From Phoronis australis (Eukaryota; Animalia; Phoronida), in contig NMRA01000035.1 in assembly GCA_002633005.1 (NCBI GenBank), positions 1,393,059-1,457,058 on the forward strand: a DNA stretch of 64,000 nucleotides, read 5' to 3'. The notes under the pieces were generated by a model. That model was not told the origin of the DNA and searched no databases. It saw nothing but the letters and a program-made list of their open reading frames with translations. Positions 26,701-41,700 of this stretch are shown here, one piece after another; position 1 is the stretch's first letter; each line of letters starts with the position of its first letter. A program made the position numbers and the translations under genes.

Positions 26701-29700
26701 ATCTAGGACAAAACCATTTTTAATTTGAAAGACATTTTAAAAACCATGTGATCTATCATGCTATTGCTGCCACAGTTACCAACTCAACAGTTGTGAAATG
26801 GACATCATAAGATGCTCAGAAATTGGTGGTTCAAGTTTTTAGGGGCAAGGGTGTTATGACCGCAAGTGGCCTGATGACTCGACTATCTCAAGAAAAAAAG
26901 ACACTCAATCTACCTTTACTCAAAAGAAAGGGGTTTTCGAATGTCCCTGGACCTGCCCAGACTGATTGGCAAATGCAGATTCAAAACACTTGTCTACAAG
27001 TTGCTAAATCAGAAACGAGCACTATGTTTACAAACAAAACATACAAAATTGTGTTGGGCAAACTGTCAACATGGACGCTCAACACACCATTCTTAGGAAC
27101 TTCATCAACTGTAAGGGAGAATTCTTGGAACACAGTTACAGATGAGAATTAGCAACTGATATTGTCTCATAAGAACACGCTATGTATTCCCATGTCTTAC
27201 TTTGAACTGCTCTTCTGAGCAGATGACCAGTCGATGATTGCCAGTCATGTCAGGAGCCTTGGCCCTCTGGTGGTCCACTTCAAAGGCGTCCGGCAGAGGG
27301 GTGAAGTTGCGGTCGATGCAGCCAATGGCGATGACCGGAGCATGGTGCTTTAGGTGAAGCTCTTTAGCCAGTTGGCAACCCACTGCCTCCGACTCACGCT
27401 TGTCGTTGGCGGGCAGGCCAATGGCGTACAGGAAGATGGTTCCAGCATTGGTGCCGGCCCACAGACTGGGCGTGTGTGTCGTAGCTAGGGGATTGAAGAC
27501 AACGCCGCTGATAATTTTAATACATTGTACCCAAAGAATCATTCCTCAACAGACATAACACAAATTGTAACGCCTTGCCTCCAATAAATTCCAAGTTTAT
27601 GCTACGCTTCTGCTTATCAGAGAATAGCAACTCACTGCGAAGGACCTGAGGCACATAAATAACGAAGTTTATACAGGATATGACCACTTAGAAACCTGCA
27701 AAGCTCATATCGAAGTGTGCCACTACAAACCCTGTAACTTGGCTTACCATTAAGCAAGAAGGTGTCTGTGAAGTAGACACATCGAACCATGGAGGCCATA
27801 GCATCAGTGGGAGCTCTGGCCTCGACTGGCCGTTCAACCGTCCTGGTCTTAGAGTCTGCGTCAGTCTCAGCTGGTGTGGTGGCTGTTGGGGAGGGGGCAG
27901 GGGCCGCCTCGGCACCCTCTTCCTTCTTCTCCTGACCTCTGTGGCAGAATTAAGAATTGGCATCAGAACATGAATACGTAGGCACTGCTGAATAGTTCAA
28001 GCAATTACAAAACAGGCACCGGTCCACAAGGACTTGCATGATCAGAAACCAATGTAATGCAGATAGTTTCGTGGACTACAATGAACCATGTTCTGGACTC
28101 ACACACGCCTTTTTGCAGGCATATTTGTTCTTCTATAGCACCATCGTCACTTTCTAAACTTTGCATGAACTGAAACTGGTTGCAAAAACGCCGGAAATCC
28201 CTCTCTCAGTTACCCTGCTCCAAATGCTGAAGCTAAACCAATATGACAAAGTGACTTCACAGGCTCGGTCTGAAGCCTTCAGGAAGTCACTTCTTCATCA
28301 GTCTCAGTGAGGAACAAAATAAGACCTAAGTAAAAAGTACTGTTGCCTTTTCAAAAGAAGGCGCAGGTTTAATGCTCTTTAAGTGAAATGACCAACAGCG
28401 TGGGATTTGACCTGATCACGCACGCTGCCGTGTATTTTGAAGGATGAAGAACCCGTTACTACAGTGTTCACCTAGAGATGATCGTTTTCCAATCTTAAGA
28501 CATTAGTACCTCCACCGAGGGTTGCATTATTCAGTATATCCTGTAATTCAACGTAAGCAGCCTTCCTTTCCAATCCCGCGTTAGTCATGCTTGACTATTT
28601 CACTAGCTACACAAAGTTTTCAGGCATGCTCTAAACATACTTTTTACATCTTATTCATTGCCGAGCAACTAAACCCAATGGCTTATTTTCTTTCGAATTA
28701 TACTGATAATTGAGACTTACTCAGCCGAGGCCGAGGCCTCAGCCTTTGGCGCCTCTTCAGTCTTTGGCGTCTCAGCAGCTGCGGCGGGGGTGGACGCTGA
28801 ATGGTGGCGCTGGTGTCTGCCAGACACACGCTTCTTGATACGACGGAATGAATCACGCAAACTCTTCTTGAACGACTTGCCCCGGGCAATCGTTGGCTCG
28901 CCACCACTAAGATCTAGAAAGACGGAAATACAGGTCCATTATTAATATCAGAATATATTCTGTTGAGTTTTTTTTGAATACTTTAGTTTTGGGGATAAAG
29001 CACAAAACCAATATGTTTCCCAAATGGACACGATAGCCATAAATTGGCCACAACAGGAAGATACACCAACGGTAATTCCCTAATGTATTTTGCACAGCTG
29101 CGGTGTGCAAAATAAACTGAATATACATAGTTGACTAAGTAACCCACCATTGCCAACTTCCGATGTGTGAATTTAATGAAATTAGATATGATCCCAATCC
29201 TGCAGAAGAGTGTGGGAGATCCAACTCACCGTGAGGGTTGAGGGTACACTTCGTCACCACTTCCTTCTTCTGCAGATAGTCAAACAGCGCAAAGCCATAG
29301 GCTGTGCCGGCAGCAACTCTGTTCAAAAAAGAGAATGGTAGCCAATCGGATACATACTTAATAGACAGTTCATTCATGAGGAAACAAAGAGAAATGAGCA
29401 GTGATCTCTTCCAAACTTAAAGATATTAAAAAAATCAAACAGTCATTATCGCAAGAGACAAGCTGGGCCAAATGCAGTGAAACATTGGAGATTGAACACA
29501 AAATTTGACCAATTCTGTGGCATTCTACGAGTAAATTTTCAAAAAAATTTATGCATGGTTGGTCAATCTGTAACTTCACTTTTGTGGCCCAACCTAAAAA
29601 CAGTGCGTTGGTATGTTAAAAGTATCACCCAACTGTACCAATCCAGTAATTCAATAACTAGATGTACTGGGGGCCATAAACCGTCGACGGACGCACCAAC

Positions 29701-32700
29701 CCACCATCACAACAAAAAAATGCCAAAAGTCACCACTCACAGTTGCCATTCGCTGTGGGCAGCCAGAGCGGTGCAGGCGGCTGGTGGTGATAGCTGCATG
29801 ATGCCGAGAGGCTGAAAGCCGGCAGGGAACGTCAACTCGCCCTCCTGGGTGCTCAGCGCCTCGTGACCTTTCCAAACGAAGTTGTCGCAGTCTGACACCA
29901 CGTTGACCGTGACGGCGCTGACCTCTTGTGAGCGTTCTTCACGCTCCATCTGCATGACAACTACCTGACCTGCTGTGCCGGCAACCACAAGCACCTCGCT
30001 GATCGGGCAGAGAGTGATCTTTTGGATACCCAGTCGTGGGTCATCGCTGTATGGGTCGAAGGTGCCCACCTGCAAAAAGAAAACTGTGTTTTAATAAAAA
30101 CAACCACATTGACTTGAAATCAAAGCAAACTTTTACATTTATTTCAATAAAATTTAAAAAAAAACAGGAAAGGGTCATCGTAAGTTGTAGATGAACACAG
30201 CTTGATTTGATCAATCCTACGGACACAAATAATGATAATGTAAGTTTTAGGAAGATTTCAAAAGGAAAGCGTTATGAGGCAAGTACACAACGATTAATTC
30301 GATTTGGCAAATACCATTGACACTTGTGCTATATATTCACTTACACTTCCCACTCTACACAACACTGCACTCCCTTATCATATTATTGACAACAGAGCAC
30401 TTCCATTAACACTGCGTACCTTCCTGAAGGGGGGCCACTCTTCGTCCCCCTCGTTGGCGGTTGTGTCGCACTGGTTGTGCTCCCCAGCGAACATGTTGGA
30501 CGTGCTCAACTTGTAGAGCAGTCGCATGGAGACACTCGACGCATCCCAGAACCTGACTGTACCGTCTTCATGTCTGGAAAGAACAAGAAATGGAAAAATT
30601 TAACTGACAGCAAATTGCGGACAATGTCGAAAAACAAAAATTAAGCGCAACCGATATCCACCAGTCTCTATAAACCATGCTCTTGTGTTGAGGCATCAAT
30701 TTTATCCACATACATATTTGGGTCATTGCATTCTTGTCCTAAATATTGGTTACAATAAATTGCATGGTATTTTCCGGAGAGCCATACTGCATTGGTGACT
30801 GAAACTAACCCACCATTAATCTGTCATTTTTTCTCAAGCCTGATAATTATGTCTAACCAGAAGGAAGGGACAAGGTGGAGACATTCTAGAGTGCAATATA
30901 TAGAGAAATCAAATACACTATTCGATGACGTTGAGTATGATGATGATGATGGTAACAAAAATGATGATAAGAAACAGCTTCGTACAGCAACACTTGGCAA
31001 GAATGGACGGAAAGCGAGGATGATAATGAGCGAATATGATAATGATTACAAAAATGATCAAGAAGTAGTCTTGTACAGTAAATGATAAACCAACCAACTT
31101 TCCTTACCCAGTAAGAAGAAGGTCTTTTGAGGAGGGTGATTCATCCAGGTTCTTACCGCCACTGATGGGCCACTCCTGCAACACAAACAACGGAATACAA
31201 CGCCAGCACATTTTGGGCTTGGAGAAGGTAACCAGGCTGCATAGTGGTTTAGAATAATTTGTACAGTTGTATATCGTTGGTGTCATTCGCACACAATACG
31301 TCTTTTGAAATTGACATGCAAGGTCAGTGTAAGTAGTTCTTGGTGAACCCTGCTCTTAGTACACAACTGTTCCAGTTGGACTGTAAAAGTAAACACAGCT
31401 TAACAAAGGGTTTATGGTCCTGGCTTAGAAGAAATTGTTTTACTACCCCCCCCCCCCTTTGAATAGCCCGGTGCGGAATGGAGTCAGAAGTAGGTGGAAG
31501 CAAAAGTCTCAGTACAAGTTCATATAAAGCACAATTCCCACAAAACATTTTGTTTTCATTTTCTACTTATTGTCCCACAAAACTTAAAGCAATTTTCGCT
31601 ACAAGTTACGCCAAACAAAATTGAAAGTACGGCCTTGTGATGTGGCTCCGTATTAAAGGTCATCTATAGTATATTGATCTGTAGAAATTTTCCATCAGTT
31701 TTAAGTCAACATGAGTTTTTCATACATGAAACCACATTTACCAAGTTTTCACAAATGCCTGTGGCTTCATCCCTGGCAAGGCTGTGCAATAAAACACAAC
31801 TGGGATAATGAGATTTCATGTGTCCAAACTTCAGATATTCCTAATGATATATTGAGACAAAGACAAAACTCTAATCTCACCCTGTCAGAGTGCTTTGACA
31901 GCTGGGCATTGCCAGCATCGACAATCTTGTTCCAGAGCGCTTCTGGCAGACTGCTGACATGGTGCGAGGCAGTGATGGCCGACGAGTGCATGCTACACAT
32001 GTACGGCTGTCTGAATGTGGGCCAGCCTTCTGATTGGAGGTCAATAGCGACGATCTCCTCCTCCGCTAGCACCATCAGGGTGTGCGGGTCGTCAAACTCT
32101 GGTAACGATACAAATGAATGGCGGTTAGACAACAGTTTTTCTCAATATGGACATTGAGATGAAAAATTTGAAGAAAGCATAATCTAACAACTGCTTGTCT
32201 GGAAATGTAGTCAACAACAACAAGAGAAAACATGAGGAAAGTTTTCACAAGTGATGATCTCAAATGAAGAGAACAGACGCAAAAAAACAAAATGATTTTT
32301 CACTTTAAGGATACCTATCACTAAGTTCCCATTGAGTTTCTACTACACATTTGCATTGACCTAGTTTTCATCATTATAATTCCCACACAAATTGAGTACC
32401 TCTGTCATTCAATTTGTGATACAGCACGCAAAATAATTCTTTCCCTCCATGAAATTTTCTCCGTCAAGTCCATTTTCATTTCACATTTAGTATTTCCACG
32501 TACAGGAACTACTTTCATACCTCAGGCTTTTTATATCATGAGTGACACTATGCTTTCACACAACACAGCAACCGGTAACACCAGCCTCACACTATACAAC
32601 ATATAGCTCATGTCCAAGCAGCTGGTGACACCAGCCTCAAGAACAAAACATTACCAGCAGGCTCCTCGTCATCCGATCTCTCATTCGCCCCACAAAGTAC

Positions 32701-35700
32701 GATGTAGTCGACGACCTTGGAAGTGAAGTCGAATGCGACTAACTTCTCCCCCTGTCTCACAGTGATTGTGTTGTGCTCGCTGTAGCCAGCCCGGGGCATG
32801 CCACCCGAGAAGATGATGAAAGGGTCACTGGAAAATGTGATGTATGGAAGGGTTGTTAAGGTTATGAAGTACCCCAGAAAAATGTCCAACTTTAGAGCAT
32901 TAATATTGGAGATGGGTGATGGATTTCCAATCCTCAGGCACTATGCTTTATGCACAGTTCTCCAAATAACCGTTACGAATTGTTTTTAAAGTGTAACAGT
33001 TTTGTATGGGAACAAACTAGACATTTGTGAATTTCAAGAAAAAACTCAACAGTGACATCAGCAAAAACGAAATGATAATTCAGAGCACCGTTTTAGAGAT
33101 TTCACACGACCCAGCTGGTGGCAAATTGATAAGTTAAAAATCAAGTTCCGCAGAATTTCTACTTTCAGAAACTATACGCATTAACTGATTTGAAATTTAG
33201 ACTTTTGTAAATATTTGGCAAAACCCACAGATTTGTTGATAAGGTCCTTACTTACATAACCATAACTGTTGGTTAGTACAATGCTCTGACCAATTAAAAG
33301 AAGATGGGTGTAAAGATGTGCGTGCACCAATCTGAACACAGTCAGATGTTAAGTAGCAAAACTACAGTCGGAAGAAACGTGAGAAAAAATGATAACGTCA
33401 GGAGAAAGTCGGACACTTTGGACATTGCTGGCAGCGCAAAGACATACTTGGATTGTACGTCAAATAAAAAAATATTGCCTGTGCTTTGGACTATTTTGAC
33501 TGAAGCCTCAGTCTGCTTTTAGAAAATAAATTGTTCATAATCTTTCCATGACACTGAGACACAAATTTAACAGTGACAGCCTGCTTGTTCACAAAATTAC
33601 ACAAAACATGTAATTTTCTGCTAACATTATTTCAATACAGCACCTCCAGTTGACAAATCCATGAAAAACAATGACGACAAGTAAGAAAATGCATGGAAGT
33701 ATTTATCCTTAAATGACCTTGAAGTCTAGGTTTCACAGTACTAAATAACACTAACTTGACAATTTAAGTGATTTATTAAAATCTTCTGACAAACACACTA
33801 TACCTGTCATTCAATTTTTGTACAAAACTTTAAAGCTTCATTTCGCAATGTTTAAATGGCTAAAGCAAACATTGTACAAGGCCTTTTACTCTTGTCAGAA
33901 TACTGGAGAAATTAAGCACATGTCAAACTGAACTTACGCTTTGGATGTGGCCCACGCAACTTTGTTGATGGCTTTACAAGGAAATGGGCCTGAAAGACAA
34001 ATAACAAAAATGTCACGTCATAATTCACTAGACAGAATAAGGTTAGCACAGTGCTAATGAGGAGAAGCCCTTAACAGCACTCAATGAAACGGAGGATATA
34101 ATGAGTTACTATGCAACAATGTAATTGCAGTCAATAACGGAGGTCTTTAAACTGAAACGTTGGGGAGTTGCTTGCCATGAATTTGTCTCATACACTTATC
34201 AGCAGGGCAATAAAAATGAAAAATAGCTTGAGGGAGTGAAGGCGCATTACTGCTCTTTATTTGAGATGGTGGTATGCATTCGCTCACGGAGATGATTTAG
34301 TATCGCCAACAATATTCATTCTACGAGTTGGGAAAGTCAGAATTTTTATCAACTTTATTACCTATAACGGACAATTGAAGAAATGCAAAAATGTCAAAGC
34401 AAATTATACTCGAATAACACTCAAGGTTTACACATCTGCAAAGTGACGCATTCCCAGTCTCCTCAAAGGTCAGATCACAAGAACATATCAAAACAATCAG
34501 AACAAACACATCAAGTGTGTTTTGGTTCCTACAACTTAAAAAATTGCTAATAACAGAAAAAGTTTCAATGCTGACATTTACTTAGAAGAGAAAAATCAAC
34601 ATCTGCAGATGATGAATGGTAACACAATATCCTAAAGCGTACTTTGGATTCAGACACTAGGTAAACAGTGGTTAAACTGATCATCTTAGAAACTCAATAA
34701 ACTGCACTACACACAGCATTGATATTATGCTATCACGTGTTTGTGCCACCAATATATGTGCTTACGTTCTCAAGAAGAAAAAAGGCATGGTAAAAACGAA
34801 TGGTCTACAAACGAATACTATGTATGTTCACATTTGCCTTACTGCTTTTCACGATGGTCACACGCCAAAGGCTGGAGTTTTGACCATTAAACAATCACTA
34901 CAGGATCACAATGCCCACATTCTATCGACAAGTCACAACATTTTAACATAACCATCTAACAGTAAGAAAATGAATATCGCACTGGTTAGAAGACATACAA
35001 ATTTTCGAATGCAATTTTTTCCAATGTCTGAACTGGATCTGATTAGGTGCCATGTTATCACTGCAACAGTGTATTCAGACACTGCATGAATGCATCAAAT
35101 GTACCAGACACCCTATGAATGCAGCATCAAATTAACAAATGACACTGCCAAAGCTGTCTCAGTGTACATGGCATGTGAACACATAGTGCACCAGAGACAC
35201 TGATTCAGGATACTGAACAACGTGTGAACACTGTATCAGTGTACCACATACCATTTGAACACAGCATCAATATACTAGATACCGTGTGAACACTTTACCA
35301 TATGAACACTGGAAACCATATGAATCTTGCGTCAGTGTACTAGACACCATGTGAACCTTGAAGCAGTGTATCAAGACACCATATGAATGCAATGCTGCAT
35401 TAGTGTGCACGACGAAATCAAGAGCACGTTCTATGCTGTCACAATGGAGTTGTTAAACACCCAACTTACCATACTCCACAGTGGGCTGGTTCTTGGGCTT
35501 GGTGGAGTCGTCAGTTGCCCAGATGATGTAGCTACCGTCAGCATGGGCACTCATGAACTGGGTGCCATCACGGTGCCATGACAATGACTCAAGTTGCTAG
35601 GGATACGAAAGAAAAAATTAAGAACAAGTTCGTAATCCAGCGGGTTTCATATTTCATTATCCACATGACTGACTATGTAATGTCCAATGGTCTATTTGTG

Positions 35701-38700
35701 AAACAGAATCCAAATATTTGCACTGACAACATCAAGAGAAAAAACGCTTTTCTTGGAAATGTTGAGGGATCAACCAATAATGCTTCAGGGCTGAAAAATG
35801 AATCTTTACAGAACAAGTCTACTCTGCTCTGGGCGTTGGGAACAAATCAATTCCGAAATAAGATGGTTTACATACAGTATAGAAACGTGTCAATTTGGCA
35901 ATGTCCATCATTACATTCTTAACAATGTAAGGCCAATCATTTTAAAAACTGAATAACAGTACTGGTGGTGGTGTGGTGGTGGTGGGGTGCTGGTGAAGTG
36001 GTGGTGGTGGTGGTGGTGATGGTGGTGGTGGTGGTGGTGGTGTGGTGGTGGTGAAGTCGTGGTGGGGTGCTGGTGAAGTGGTGGTGGTGGTGGTGGTTTT
36101 AATTTATTGACCACTTGGGTACGTAAAGAATTTAAGTATAAGTAAGGTAGGCATGAACAGGAATAAAAGACAACAAATAGCAAAAAATTTATTAAGCTGA
36201 ATAACTAAAAATGTACCATAACTACATTTGAGGTCGCGATGACTACTACACAGGCATAGTACAACATATTGGATGCTATCAAAAAAAAATTTTGCCCGAT
36301 TTAACCGACTAAGTCCTAAATTAGGCATTTCACTCTCAGTCTCATAATATTCCGCTTCCGCTACCATCCCAAGTCAATGCATACATGTGCCATTATCGAA
36401 TTGGCAAATTTAGGGTTCGACAACATCAATGAATTCTAAAGCATTTGCCCGTGTCGCTGGTTCTCACTGGTAACACAAATAGAATCCTATCACGGTGAGG
36501 AATATTGCCAGCGACTTTATGGTAATCAAAGGTCTTTGATTTTTGCTATTAGCCTGCCAACAGGGTGAAATATAGCTTTAACAAAGGGTTTTTAATACGT
36601 GCTCACCTGTGTGGCATTGTAGGTCTGGTCAGCGTTATTCTCCTTGTTATCCCACAGTACGATCAATCCACGGTTATATCCAATGAGGAACTGCAAATCA
36701 CAAGATAGTTGATTACAGTATTGTATATACACAACATGCCACCCACTTACGTCGTTTCCATTTTCCATGACATACAATTTTCTGCAACTCATTTTTCCCA
36801 GGAAAAGAAGAGGAAAACCAAAGTATGTGGTGATTATGACAAAATAGACCATCACAAAAAATTGCCTTTCTGCACAGAAGACTGAGTGACCAGGTTCTCA
36901 ATATTGACGTGCAAGATATTGCATAGACGAAAATAACCTTTTGAATATCAAGATTCTTGATGGTGAAAAATATCTTCAGGTTAAACAGTTCCCAAGTATG
37001 AATGTTTCAAAAACGATGGTACAAAGCGTATTTGTTCTGGCTGCTTAAGCCAATAACTATGCACTATATTGTAACTTTCAGTTTCTAAATACACGTATTC
37101 AAGACGTAGGTGGGACACTTACTACGAGTGTTCAACACCACAGGTTTGAGGGAAAAAACAGTTGCGCACAGTCACTTTTAAAGAGCTGTTCATTGGTAAT
37201 CTATTTCAGCGAGACACTGAACTTTTAAGACGATTGCTTAGACCGAAATATTCACAAAAACTAAATCAAAGAGACACCCCGTTTACACCACAAATATAAA
37301 CCCAGGTCATTTCCAACATGGACAACACATACTCAAAAAGATAATCAAACACAGGCATCGTTATTGGAAACACTGCAACAAAGACAATAAAATCACGAGC
37401 TGCTTCCATTCAACACGATGCAAAAGACAGCAAGAGATGCCAAGTACTTCGAGAATAAACTGACAAACGATGTTCAGATACGGTGACATAGGTCCAAATT
37501 ACTAACCGTCTCAGAATGAGAATCAGTGAAGTGAACACAGAGGACAACTGACCCAAATACAACTATATCAAAGAAACTGACAGCCCGAGGCATGCCCACT
37601 CTACCAAACCCACAAACGAAACTGGACACCTACTCTTTGAGAGCTGCAGACAAATAACAGTCGGTGACTGTGCATAGACAATGAACACTTTGGAATCTTT
37701 TTTTGAATTAACCTCTTTCTTCTAGTGGCAGATCGCGTTACCCTGTTGACTTTGAACAAGTCAAGAGATTGTGAACTTCTCAACTGAGACAAAATTGTGA
37801 TGTGTGAAACCATATTCCATTGACGTTTACCACTGTACATAAACGAAGTACTTTGATTGCGTGAAACCGAAGACAACAGTCAACAATTAGTAGTGGCTTG
37901 ACAAGACACCAACTGAAGATAACTCATTACAGACAGAATCCACCTCTGTATTGGAAAGGTAAGTAAAAACACCAGTTATATCGATGGTAATGAATGATGA
38001 TCAAATGAAGAAATGAATAATCTGCGATAATATCAAACAAGAAATCACATTTTCTTCACGTCAAACAGAACTTTGTTTTGAATAGTTTTATCACATGTAA
38101 CATGAAGTGAGAAGTCACCAAATGAAGTTGTGTCTATACAAAAGGCAGTGGATTGAAGAAAGAATTAACAATTACCATAGCTAGACCACAGGCATTATGT
38201 CCATACTAAACCACACTATCGGTCCATTCTTCTGCAGCCTAATATTAAATGTAAAACCCCTACCCAGTAAAGCCCTAGATAGTTGTATACTTGTCTAAAT
38301 ACTGGATGAATTTATAAAATGGATATTTTTGGTGAGGAGAGTAATATAAGAGAAACCAGTTGCAAAGCACGCCATCAGATTCACTGGCTCTGTTGTAGCA
38401 GTCTAACACTCTGCCGCCGAGCAACGTCCCTAGCACTAAACAGCAAGGGTAATATTTACTGCATTTAAATGGCTAAGACACCAGCCATGATCTTAGCAAA
38501 TGTTGGGGAGAACTGGTCAATTGTAATAAACTAAAAAAACACCGCGGACTTTATTGTTTTATAGCTCTGGTCAAAAGTAATAATTTCAAGACATCTAACC
38601 CATCAAACAATAATTCCAAAAATCTGTTTTCCGCCATAAAACCAATAATGACCCTTTGGCATCTGATCTACGGGAAACTGTTTCTATACGAAAGCCAGAA

Positions 38701-41700
38701 GACTGAAAGACAGTTGCTCCGTTTTGGATTGAAAGCTTAGACGACAGGCACAATGCTGCCAGTACATACACTGTCTGCAGTCCGATGTCAAATGCAAACT
38801 GTCACATTGTTCTGAATCAGTGAGGTCCTAATACAATAATTGACTACTTCACTTAAATATGTGATGAATTCACTCAATTTATTTTGAATCCAGACGATGC
38901 GCAGAATACTAAGTAAATGACGAGCTAAAATCAATATCAAATTTAATGCAGTAACACTTGATGACCAAGTAGTAGACAGATTGATTATTGCAAAATCAAT
39001 GCTTAACATTGACCACAAATTTCAACTCGGAAATAACTTCACTCAATTTCCTTGCTATTTTGCTATCACATATGATGACAGCCCACACATCAGTTCATTT
39101 TTTCCAAATGATGGAACAAAACTCCTATTCAACATTTCCTTTGGCCATAATTTTGTTCCTTTACAGTTAATTGGAATGAGCTGCTTACCAAATCGACCTC
39201 ATGTAAAGTATAAGCACCATCAGAATTCCAATTTTGAATGCCACACATGAAATGCTTCACAGCACTTTCTGGGCTTCACTTCTTTACTATACGACATATT
39301 TTCCAGAATGAACATTTAAAAAGACCTAGGGTTATCCTTAACACACCTCTCTTTAATATTTTTACTCAAACACAGCTATCTCTGTACTTGAACAATTTTT
39401 GTATTGAGTCAACTCAAGTATTGCAGAATAGCCATTTCTGGAGAATGTGAAGCGCCACCTACAGTTCAACTGTGACTTGGATGGAGACTCAGAGCACCGA
39501 CATTCCACCATGTTTAACAATAGCTTGCGATCACCACTTCACCAAATTATCTGTTATAGAAGTGGTAATCGAATGATTCACACAAAAAAGATTAATATCC
39601 TATACTGTCCACAAATTTAAGAAATGGCATTACGTTTCCATCGACTCGGTCCATCTTTTCCACTAGAATTTGAAATTGGGCCCAGCAAATACAGCTCTTT
39701 TGGGCTCTAGCAAAGTTAAAGAGTTATTGGTCAGTTGTTCGCTATTGCAAGCGCTTGTTGAGACTAAGTGGGATCCTAGAACAAAGTGGCTAATTCGGAA
39801 GATCATACTTCAGAAATGAGATCGGATTCATGCCGAACTTTCAGATACTGTGCTTTGTGCATTTTTCTCCAAAACAACGTTAGGAGTTGTTCTTAACAGG
39901 GCTTGGAATGACCATTGACATAAAACGCGGAAACTTTTACGGCCCAAAACATGCGCCCTACCCAGCCTTGAAATAGACGATGTGAACCTTTCGCCGAAAA
40001 AAATCGGTAGGACTAAAAAAAAAATGTTACCACCATCAGTAGCATGCGTCTGCGTCTTTTTATCTCATCCATCCACTCCTCCACTCCCACCCCCATGCAT
40101 TTTTGGCTGCAGAGCTGTAGTATTTGTCACCGCGGTTTACAATCACACGAGACGCCATTGAAAATCCCACCACTCTATCCCAGATGCCCCGGCAATGTTG
40201 ACAATTTACGTTCCTCCGAAACATAAAGAGCAACTTCCGCTTTTCGAGGTGAACGTCGTCGGCAACGCCGCGGTAAGAAAGGAATTTGCCGCAGAAATTT
40301 TATATCAAATCAGATTTTTTTTACGCGGAAATATAATAAAATGCGCGTACAGAACATTTGAAAAAAGCGGAAATCCGCGTTTCCGCGGAAAATTCCAAGC
40401 CCTGTTTTAAAATGTTCCACTTTTGCATGAGAGGCCATCAAAAGTAATTTCATGATTTTTCTGAAAAAACTCATAAGTAGCATGAAATGAAGATGATCAT
40501 TTAGAAAACTGAAACAGCATTTTTGAGACTTCATCTTGATAATCTATAAGCAATGAAATTTGGTTGTTTTAGTGTTACAATTGATTGGCCAAGAAAGTAC
40601 CGCTGGCTGTTTTCGGCTAAATTTTTCTAAGATATGATCACCTGTCCTAATTTCTGTGAAATTGATATCAAGTTAAAAAATCAGATTCTACAAACTTTCT
40701 ACAAAAAAATCAAATTTTACAGGCTTTCCACCTTCAGAAAATACAAATACTTCAACAGAATTAAAAACTTTTGTAGACATTTGGCAAAACACACAGATAA
40801 GTTGATGAGGTGTAACACAACCTTTAGCGACAGTTGGCTAAATGTCAAGTCAACCAACATTTTCATGGTTCAATGAGCACACGCGAAAAGATCATCAATG
40901 ACAAGGTGTAAAGCACAAACGTCAACACCAGCATCTGAGAGAGAGAAATGTTGAATACTTGGGACAAAAAATACTTAAGCATCCGTTTACGTTAAACTTG
41001 TGAACTTAGCCCTACTTAACAAGCTTAAACTAGTATGAAGAAAGGCGATTGTCCCACACTGGCAATACCATAACATCTGTATGGAAATAAAGGACAATGC
41101 GGAGAATTGGAAAAAATATTCTTTAAATGCACAATGGTAGGTATGTCTTCACTGTATTGGCAGACAGGTGGGGACAACTTAAAAAGACACAACAATATGG
41201 CCCCAGTTTTAGATGACAATTAATACCCAAATTTGTCCCTTTTCCTTGTTCACACCTTACAACTTTGTCCTGAACATTCAGAATTTCTCAAAACACTTTG
41301 GTAGTTGCCATGGTTTTGATGATAAAGCATCTGTTTAGTGATAGCTGGCTTAATGAATACAGAAAAAAAGAAAAATTTCCTTGTCCACCTTGATAAGTCC
41401 AAATTTTGCAATTTTACTGTATTACGACAGAAAAACGAAGTGTTTACAACCACTCACTTTACTAGAGTCCGAAGGATGCTCAGCTATGGCCTCTACTGCT
41501 CCTGGATTCACCTTGAAGTCATCAGAAACACTGAAAACAAAACAAAACACCATAACCACGAGCTCCAACCAACACATTTACTCCACGCAACTCCGGGCAA
41601 GGGGTTTCCCACAAAAAGGGTCAATGGCAATAGGCAGCCAGTTAGGGTGGTCCTCTTGCCCTTTCGCACACAGTCCCTGGTGCTTATTTTGTCCTGTCGA

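Noticed and set aside
35088-35410. Regularly spaced ~30-bp repeats resembling a CRISPR array
   Set aside because: Degenerate head-to-tail units with no unique spacers and no cas genes, in a eukaryotic intron
35911-36183. Poly-His/Pro ORF
   Set aside because: Translation of an intronic (CCA)n microsatellite; the flanking Lgl exons join in frame without it
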